64,000 bases of DNA from Candidatus Kryptoniota bacterium (GTDB lineage Bacteria > Bacteroidota > Ignavibacteria > Kryptoniales > JAKASW01). The position numbers and the translations under genes were made by a program. The notes under the pieces were generated by a model. The model did not search any database and was not told where the DNA came from. It saw only the letters and a program-made list of their open reading frames with translations. The stretch spans positions 195,897-259,896 of the forward strand of contig JAHECO010000001.1 in NCBI GenBank assembly GCA_024641705.1, given 5' to 3'. Every line of letters starts with the position of its first letter. Position 1 is the first letter of the stretch. Shown in pieces: positions 35,752 to 42,661 of this stretch.

Positions 35752-37002
35752 ATGAAAAGCGGAAGACGTGTCGTAGTAACCGGACTTGGCGCAGTAACAC
35801 CGATCGGGCTCACCGTGAGTGAGTTCTGGCAATCCATGATGGAGGGAAAGAGCGGCGCCGGGCCGATCACGTATTTTGACGCTTCGAAGTACGACACGAA
35901 GTTCGCATGTGAAGTCAAGGGATTCGACCCCCTGAGGTATCTTGACAGAAAGAGCGTGCAGCGCATGGACTTGTTTGCCCAGTTCGCCATGGCAGCTGCC
36001 GCTCAAGCGGTCGAGGATGCGGCGATCGACTTCGGGAAGGTCGACAGGGACCGCGTCGGCGTGGTGGTCGGGAGCGGAATCGGCGGAATGTGGACATACC
36101 AGCGACAGCAGGAGAACCTCTTCTCCGTCGGAGGACCGGACCACATCAGCCCGTTCTTCATACCGATGATGATCTCCGACATCGCGGCCGGCAACATCTC
36201 GATACGGTATAAGCTGCGCGGGCCGAACTACGCCACCACTTCAGCGTGTGCCACATCGGGCCACGCGATCGCGGACGCGTCGATGCTGATACAGCGCGGG
36301 GATGCCGACATGATGATAACGGGCGGCTCGGAAGCTGCGGTCTGCCCGATGGGAATAGGCGGATTCAATTCGATGAAGGCTCTGTCGACACGGAACGACG
36401 ACCCTGCCCATGCAAGCAGACCGTTCGACGCGAAGCGCGACGGCTTCGTGATGGGCGAAGGCGGCGGGATCCTCGTCCTGGAAAGTTATGAGCACGCGGT
36501 CAAGCGCGGCGCGAAAATCCTCGCTGAACTCTCGGGCTTCGGACTCACTGCCGACGCCTACCACCTGACACAGCCTGCCCCGGGCGGCGAAGGAGCCGTC
36601 AGGGCGATGAGACTCTCGCTCAGCGATGCCCAGCTGAAACCGGAAGATATCGATTACATCAACGCCCACGGTACATCTACGCCTTTCAACGATAAGAACG
36701 AGACCGAAGCGATAAAAACCGTCTTCGGCGACCACGCGCGTAAGCTTCACGTGAGTTCTACGAAGTCGATGACAGGTCACCAGCTCGGCGCCGCCGGTGG
36801 CGTCGAAGCAGTCGCTACGGTCCTTGCAATTATGAACGATACCCTTCCCCCTACGATCAACTACGAGTTTCCGGATCCCGAATGCGACCTGAACTATGTG
36901 CCGAATAAACCCCTGAAAAAGACGGTCAACGCTGCGATCAGCAACACGTTCGGTTTCGGAGGACATAACGCCTGTCTCTTGTTCACAAAGTCCAGAGAGT
37001 AG
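35752..37002 (+). CDS. fabF: 3-oxoacyl-ACP synthase II FabF
   Basis: RRVVVTGLG; active-site ATTSACATSGHAI; HGTSTP; GH.LGAAG; FGFGGHNA. Confidence 0.95.
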   Translation: MKSGRRVVVTGLGAVTPIGLTVSEFWQSMMEGKSGAGPITYFDASKYDTKFACEVKGFDPLRYLDRKSVQRMDLFAQFAMAAAAQAVEDAAIDFGKVDRDRVGVVVGSGIGGMWTYQRQQENLFSVGGPDHISPFFIPMMISDIAAGNISIRYKLRGPNYATTSACATSGHAIADASMLIQRGDADMMITGGSEAAVCPMGIGGFNSMKALSTRNDDPAHASRPFDAKRDGFVMGEGGGILVLESYEHAVKRGAKILAELSGFGLTADAYHLTQPAPGGEGAVRAMRLSLSDAQLKPEDIDYINAHGTSTPFNDKNETEAIKTVFGDHARKLHVSSTKSMTGHQLGAAGGVEAVATVLAIMNDTLPPTINYEFPDPECDLNYVPNKPLKKTVNAAISNTFGFGGHNACLLFTKSRE

Positions 37003-37229
37003 CGCTCGCTAGCGATCGATCACGGCATAGCCGGAGAGACATGCGAGGGAACATCCTTTTTATCGATGTGTGAAGCCCACAATCACATATTCTCGCCGAT
37101 TTTCTGCAGTATAGTCACCTCCGGAATTCCCTTCCGGAAAAGCGGACAAGAACCCACTACCACATTCCTCACCCCATCGTCCCCCGACAGACGCGCCGGA
37201 GAACCTTCCGAGAAGGGGGTGGAGACTCA

Positions 37230-38006
37230 TTGAAGGCCCCGCTCTCTGTGAAAAAGCTTCTCGGCATATTTCTCAAAAGAGGGAAGGAGAAGCTCAGGCG
37301 GAAGGGCGATCTGGAGCGCGCACTGGGGATAAAGGTCAGGAACGAGGCATATTTCTCCGAAGCGCTCAGGCACCGCTCCGCTCTCTCGATGCCCTCGAAC
37401 GGAGGGAAGAACTCGAATGAGCGCATGGAGTTCCTCGGCGATGCGGTCCTTAACCTCCTTGTCGCAGAAATCCTTTTCGAGCGCTTCGAAGAGCTCGATG
37501 AAGGACAGATGACCCGGCTCAGGAGCCTCCTCGTCAATCAGCATGCACTTGCCGAAAGGGCGGCTGCCGTCAACCTCTCCGACTTTCTCATGATGAGCAA
37601 CAGCGCCCACCAGACAATCGAGAAGGGCTACGAGACCATCATATCTGATGCCTTCGAGGCGGTGGTTGCGGCGATATATCTCGACGGCGGTCTCAAAGCC
37701 GCGAAGGCATTCGTGCTCGACAAAGTGATGCCGGGTGAATTCAGGATCGACAGGGAAATGTTCAAAGCCCTCGACAGGAACTTCAAAAGCGCGCTGCTCG
37801 AGCTCTCCCAGGGACGCGGACTCGGAGCGCCGCGATACAACCTCATAAAGGAAGAAGGTCCGGATCACGACAGGACTTTCACCGTGGAGGTCCTCGTCAA
37901 CGAGACCCGCTACGGAATGGGGTCCGGCAAAACCAAGAAGGCCGCCGAACAGGCCGCGGCGGAACAGGCTTATGAAAGCCTGAAGGACGAAAAGGGGATA
38001 GACTGA
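37230..38006 (+). CDS. rnc: Ribonuclease III
   Basis: RNase III signature ERMEFLGDAVL and a C-terminal dsRBD (GPDH...F.V.V........G.G.TKK.AEQ.AA..A). TTG start after GGGGGTGGAG. Confidence 0.9.
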   Translation: MKAPLSVKKLLGIFLKRGKEKLRRKGDLERALGIKVRNEAYFSEALRHRSALSMPSNGGKNSNERMEFLGDAVLNLLVAEILFERFEELDEGQMTRLRSLLVNQHALAERAAAVNLSDFLMMSNSAHQTIEKGYETIISDAFEAVVAAIYLDGGLKAAKAFVLDKVMPGEFRIDREMFKALDRNFKSALLELSQGRGLGAPRYNLIKEEGPDHDRTFTVEVLVNETRYGMGSGKTKKAAEQAAAEQAYESLKDEKGID

Positions 38007-38114
38007 AATTCCAGCACAGTGCCGGAAGTTCGGAAGCGGCCGCCCGCCCGTTGAGTCCACAAGAGTTTTCAGATCACAATCGTCAGTAATGTAATCCCGG
38101 AGAAATGAGGATCC

Positions 38115-39251
38115 GTGAATAGAAGAGAGTTTGCAAGGACAGTTGGATTAGCCGGCATCGGTTTCGCCGCGAAAGGGATCTTCCCGAAGATCGGCTTGCC
38201 GTCCGTCGGCGGCGAAGCGAGAAAGCTCAAACAGTGGGTCTGGATCGGCACGGACACGGGCGCCCCTCCCGACGAGTGGAAGAAACGCTTTGCCGTGATG
38301 AAGGACGCGGGCATCGATGCCATTCTCCCGGAGATATACAACAGCAGGCAGGCATTCTATGGGAGCAGCCACCTTCCTGTCGGACAGCCGTGGCTCGAGA
38401 CGATCCTTCCTCTTGCGAAAGAGGCGGGACTCGAAGTGCATACGTGGATGTGGACGATGCCCTGCAACGTCGACGATGTGGTCGACAAACATCCGGAATG
38501 GTTCGTCGTGAACCGCCTCGGCGAATCGTCGATTCAAAAGCCGGCGTACGTTCCATACTACAAATTCCTCTGCCCCTCACGGTCGGAGGTGTGGGAGTTC
38601 GTCCGGGAAACGGTCTCGGAGCTGTCGGCGATCGGGGAGCTCGACGGGGTACACCTCGACTACGTACGTTATCCGGACGTGATACTCCCCATCGGCCTTC
38701 AACCGCGGTATCACATCGTTCAGGACCGCGAATATCCTCAATACGACTACTGCTATTGCGACGTGTGCCGGGCGGATTCCAAGAAGGAAGCGGGGATAGA
38801 TCCGTTGAAGATCGCCGAGCCTTCGGAGAACACGGCGTGGAAGCAGTTTCGGTATAACCGGATAACGCACATCGTCAACGACGTCCTGATACCGGAGGCT
38901 CACAAGCACAAGAAATTGATGACCGCGGCCGTGTTCCCGAACTGGAAGGATGTGAGACAGGAATGGTCGCAGTGGAAACTTGATGGTGCCCTCCCGATGC
39001 TCTACGCGCGGTTCTACAACGAGGGGGTCGACTGGATCGGGAAGATGACGAAAGAAGAAGTGAAATCGCAGCGATACGGCGCGCTGGTTTACAGCGGCCT
39101 CTCCGTCGGACAGCTGAGCGCGGACGAAATCGCGGAGGCGGTGCATGTCTCGCGCGCGTCGGGCGGGAGCGGCGTCTCACTCTTCTCCGCCCAGAGCATG
39201 ACCGATGCCAAGTGGTCGAGCTTCAGGAAGGCGGTCGAATCCGGGGATTGA
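38115..39251 (+). CDS. Tat-signal glycoside-hydrolase-like TIM-barrel protein (GHL10-like)
   Basis: Twin-arginine N-terminus MNRREFARTVGLAG. The LDGVHLDYVRYP block resembles the GHL10/YngK family; the family call is tentative. Confidence 0.55.
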   Translation: MNRREFARTVGLAGIGFAAKGIFPKIGLPSVGGEARKLKQWVWIGTDTGAPPDEWKKRFAVMKDAGIDAILPEIYNSRQAFYGSSHLPVGQPWLETILPLAKEAGLEVHTWMWTMPCNVDDVVDKHPEWFVVNRLGESSIQKPAYVPYYKFLCPSRSEVWEFVRETVSELSAIGELDGVHLDYVRYPDVILPIGLQPRYHIVQDREYPQYDYCYCDVCRADSKKEAGIDPLKIAEPSENTAWKQFRYNRITHIVNDVLIPEAHKHKKLMTAAVFPNWKDVRQEWSQWKLDGALPMLYARFYNEGVDWIGKMTKEEVKSQRYGALVYSGLSVGQLSADEIAEAVHVSRASGGSGVSLFSAQSMTDAKWSSFRKAVESGD

Positions 39252-39278
39252 TTCCGGGCACTGCGAGGTTGTTCTGGG

Positions 39279-39434
39279 GTGTCACGGTCCTACCTTGACA
39301 CTGGAACGCTCGTCGTAGCTCGGCTCAGCTTCACGACGGTTTGCCACCGCACTATCGTCATTCCCGCGCAAGCGGGAATCCAGAACAAAAGCGACTTTCT
39401 GGTCCGGCTTAGCGTCACGGATTGGTCCGTGACG
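39279..39434. repeat. Cluster of four closely spaced REP-like hairpins
   Basis: GTGTCA/TGACAC (39279-39301). CGTCGT/ACGACG (39311-39338). ATTCCCGC-GCAA-GCGGGAAT (39360-39379, 8 bp with a GNRA-type loop). CGTCACGGA-TTGG-TCCGTGACG (39413-39434, 9 bp). Confidence 0.5.
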
Positions 39435-39805
39435 GCCTGAGAATACAAAATATACATTTGGTACAGCTGTCGGGGTACACATCGTTGCCGAGAAGGAGAA
39501 TCCCGTCAATTCTCTATGGAGGACCTGGATGTACTCGGCGGTTGGAGGAGGCCCCGGGTATGCCAGTGCGCTCGTGCTGAGCCGGGTATACAAGACAGTC
39601 CCTAGTGAAGGTGCCGTGCTCCTCCTGTGCCCGCTTGTTGGTTCGATGGTCTATTCGCTTTTCATCGCCGACTGGCCGGGCGAGAACGGCATCGCCGCCG
39701 CATTACCGGCCCCGGTTCGGACTAGTCCAGGTGTGTCTGCCGGTCTGCTCAAGCCGCCGGCGACTTTCTGTGTCAATTTGATTACCATCGAACTTTGATG
39801 AATCG

Positions 39806-39834
39806 TTGACATTGCAGCCGGGCCGGGGTATATT
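39806..39834 (+). promoter_or_regulatory. Near-consensus sigma70 promoter in front of the ORF6N'/RloC-like cassette
   Basis: TTGACA (39806-39811), exactly 17-nt spacer, TATATT (39829-39834). Confidence 0.5.
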
Positions 39835-39920
39835 CGTTTCAAATGTCCCACTGGCTACGGATCAGGGAAGGAGGCGGGATCTTTCGGAAAGGTTGGATAA
39901 GGACTCGGAAGAAAAAGGAA

Positions 39921-40232
39921 ATGTCAGAGGGTTCACGACGTAATGCACGATCACTGGTCCCCGAAGGGCATATCGAGGAGCGTATTTACTTCATGAGAGG
40001 TGAGAAGGTCATGCTGAGCACAGATCACCGGGCCCGTTTTCCGGACGATTTCCTGTTCCGACTGACGAAGGATGAGTACTCTGGTTTGACATCGCAAATT
40101 GCGATATCGAACAGAGCCAGCCAGGCAGGGTTTGGTCAGGAGACTGCTGCATGTCCACTTACGCCCATTAGGTTTCAGAGGCTTGAAGTCACAGAATACG
40201 ACTTCAATGATGGACATAAGAAAATCTGGTGA
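39921..40232 (+). CDS. ORF6N-domain (KilA-N-like) protein with an internal deletion, possibly decayed
   Basis: RIYFMRGEKVML and RFPDDFLFRLTKDEYSGLTSQIA match the two conserved ORF6N blocks, but the ~20-aa segment normally between them is missing and the C-terminus is divergent. ATG 39921 follows AAGGAA. Confidence 0.5.
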   Translation: MSEGSRRNARSLVPEGHIEERIYFMRGEKVMLSTDHRARFPDDFLFRLTKDEYSGLTSQIAISNRASQAGFGQETAACPLTPIRFQRLEVTEYDFNDGHKKIW

Positions 40233-40241
40233 GGGTGAATC

Positions 40242-42413
40242 ATGATTACGAAAATCACAATGAACCAAGTGGCGAGTTACAAAAGCTTGACCACCCTCGA
40301 GACCAACAAAAAGGTTAATCTGATTTATGGCCTTAACGGGACGGGGAAAAGCGTGCTTTCGAACTTCTTATATAAGCCGACGCATCTGGATTTCTCACAT
40401 TGTTCCGTAGAAGGTCCTAATTCAGACGAAGACGTCCTCGTATACAATCAAGCCTTCATTGATGACAACTTCTATGTGTCGGAAACCCTGAAAGGAATCT
40501 TCACCTTATCAAAAGAGAATAAGGAAGCCGAAGAGAACATCGGAAAAGCAGAGCAAGAAATACAATCGCTCGAAATGCAGAGGCAGAAGTTTACTGATGC
40601 AATAACTCATCTCGAAAACGATTTGGCCCAGAGGAAATTGGGCGCTGAAAACAAGACTTGGGAAATTAAAGAGACATTCACAGGCGGCGATCGGGTCTTA
40701 GACTATTGTCTCACGGGATTCAAAAATAACAGAAGTACGCTGTTTACTTACCTAGCGAGCATCCCTAAGCCATTAGAAAAACCACCTGTGACCACAGAGC
40801 AATTAGAGAAGGAAGTTGAAGCTATTGAGGGAAGCACGGCCCAAGAATACAGCTTATTGCCGTCTATAAAATTCTCCGGACAAGCTACGGAGTCAAACCC
40901 ACTCTTTCATAAGGCAATAATTGGGAACGAAAATAGCACAGTTGCCGAGCTAATTAAAAGGCTTGGGAATTCAGATTGGGTTAAGAAGGGGCTAGAGTTC
41001 ATTCCGGAAAGAATTGAGGGCGAGGGGGAGCCATGTCCTTTTTGTCAGGAAAGAACGATCACTAATTCTTTGATTGAGAAGATACGGGGGTATTTCGATG
41101 AAACTTACGCAAACGAAATAAGTGAAATACAGAAGCATCAATCCGATTACGAGTCAGAGATGGATTCAATTCCCAAGAGCGCCGTTTATGGATCCAATCC
41201 TTATTTAATCGGAAGGAGAGCAGAATATGAAAACCTATTTGGCGCAATCACGCTAAGCTTGAACGCCAATAGAGCCCGCATGGCGGAGAAACTGGAAACA
41301 CCCAGTAAAGTCGTGTCCTTATCGAGTTCAGCAGGTGCAATCAACGCTTTCAATGAATTTATTGATGACATCAATAAGTCAATTACGAAACATAATAAGA
41401 GGATTGAAAACAAAGATACAGCACTTGCCGATGTTAGGAAAAGTTTCTGGCTCATTATGCGCTGGAACTACGATCAGACGATATCAATATACCAAAATGA
41501 TAGAGATGCCATCGGCAAGAAGATACGCGATCTGGAGAACGCAATGTCTGATGTCCAGACAAGGATAGATAAACAAAGAGAGATCATAGCAGATCAACAG
41601 AAGAAAACCGTTAATATCGACGAGGCGATTGCCAACATCAACAACGGGCTCCTTGGACTAGGAATAGATAGCTTCCGGATCGAAAGGCATTCGGACAGAC
41701 TATACAAGATCGTTAGAGATGGGTCTTCCGAGAACACTTTTCACACTCTTAGCGAGGGCGAACAAATGATAATCAGCTTCCTTTACTTCATCGAGCTGTG
41801 CAAGGGAAGGCAGGAGGCCAGCGAAACGACTACAAGCAAGATAATCGTGATCGACGATCCAATTTCTTCACTGTCCCACATCTACGTTTTCAACGTTGGC
41901 CAACTCATCTATAGCAATTTCACAAATCCCCGGAGCAAGTACGAACAGGTCTTCATACTGACTCATAGCTTATATTTCTTTTATGAGTTGGCAGCCCGTG
42001 ATCAAGAAAGAAGAAAGAAGTATCAGAATCTTTTTAGAATTGTCCGAAATGAGAATGGTTCTGAATTCCTTGCGATGGAGTATAATGAGCTCCAGAATGA
42101 TTATCAGAGTTATTGGGAGGTAGTGAAGGACCAAACCCAATCGCCCGCCTTAATTGCAAACTGCATGAGAAATATTATTGAATATTTCTTCGGTTTTATC
42201 GAGAAGAGGAATCTTAATGAAGTATTTCAAAAAGAAACGTTCAAAGCCAACAAGTATCAGGCATTCTGTAGATATATGAATAGAGAGTCTCATTCGGATG
42301 CTCAAAATATCTTCGACATGAAAGAGTTTAACTATGCTGACTTCAGGGACGCTTTTATGTTAGTGTTCGAAGAGAGCAAATATGCGGAGCATTATAAGAG
42401 GATGATGGGTTGA
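40242..42413 (+). CDS. rloC: AAA_13-type ABC ATPase, RloC/PrrC-like putative anticodon nuclease
   Basis: Walker A GLNGTGKS (40329-40352). Long helical insert containing CPFC (41034-41045). Signature LSEGEQ (41748-41765), Walker B IIVIDDP (41841-41861), H-loop ILTHS, and C-terminal RYMNRESH (42270-42293). The gene is markedly AT-richer than its flanks. Confidence 0.7.
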   Translation: MITKITMNQVASYKSLTTLETNKKVNLIYGLNGTGKSVLSNFLYKPTHLDFSHCSVEGPNSDEDVLVYNQAFIDDNFYVSETLKGIFTLSKENKEAEENIGKAEQEIQSLEMQRQKFTDAITHLENDLAQRKLGAENKTWEIKETFTGGDRVLDYCLTGFKNNRSTLFTYLASIPKPLEKPPVTTEQLEKEVEAIEGSTAQEYSLLPSIKFSGQATESNPLFHKAIIGNENSTVAELIKRLGNSDWVKKGLEFIPERIEGEGEPCPFCQERTITNSLIEKIRGYFDETYANEISEIQKHQSDYESEMDSIPKSAVYGSNPYLIGRRAEYENLFGAITLSLNANRARMAEKLETPSKVVSLSSSAGAINAFNEFIDDINKSITKHNKRIENKDTALADVRKSFWLIMRWNYDQTISIYQNDRDAIGKKIRDLENAMSDVQTRIDKQREIIADQQKKTVNIDEAIANINNGLLGLGIDSFRIERHSDRLYKIVRDGSSENTFHTLSEGEQMIISFLYFIELCKGRQEASETTTSKIIVIDDPISSLSHIYVFNVGQLIYSNFTNPRSKYEQVFILTHSLYFFYELAARDQERRKKYQNLFRIVRNENGSEFLAMEYNELQNDYQSYWEVVKDQTQSPALIANCMRNIIEYFFGFIEKRNLNEVFQKETFKANKYQAFCRYMNRESHSDAQNIFDMKEFNYADFRDAFMLVFEESKYAEHYKRMMG

Positions 42414-42661
42414 GACACGCGGTCACCCGCACTTCTTATAGTTGGGTGATGTTTATTCAACGCATTTCGTTACCCGTCTTCTCATCTTTCCCGGGTTCAC
42501 CCTGCGAAGACGTGCCTTGAGGCTCTGCTGCGGCATTTGTTCTTTCACATTTTTGCAACACTAAGTTCCTCCTCCTCGCATCGACACACCGCCCGTCTGT
42601 CCCGGCAAATGCGTCGAGTTGTCCCGAATTCTACCGCACACCATCGGGTGAGCGTTGACCC

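Noticed and set aside
38234-38857. 207-aa alternative-frame + ORF inside the GHL10-like gene
   Set aside because: Its product is Arg/Gly-rich with no motifs. The other frame carries a Tat signal and a coherent TIM-barrel-like sequence.
39282-39798. ORFs 39282..39593(-) (103 aa) and 39529..39798(+) (89 aa) in the gap before the RloC-like cassette
   Set aside because: They have no RBS and no family resemblance. The minus ORF contains the ..SRLRGND.. string, which is simply the translation of the TTCCCGCGCAAGCGGGAA hairpin. The region is better explained as non-coding.
39252-39842. Possible tRNA, tmRNA, RNase P RNA or SRP RNA at the island boundary (GGTTCGATGG at ~39649; AGTCCC..GGTGCC at ~39596-39615)
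   Set aside because: There is no complementary T-arm or acceptor stem around GGTTCGA and no CCA or tag-reading-frame features. The RNase P P4-like resemblance is only a few nucleotides. I cannot support any RNA gene call without a covariance-model scan.
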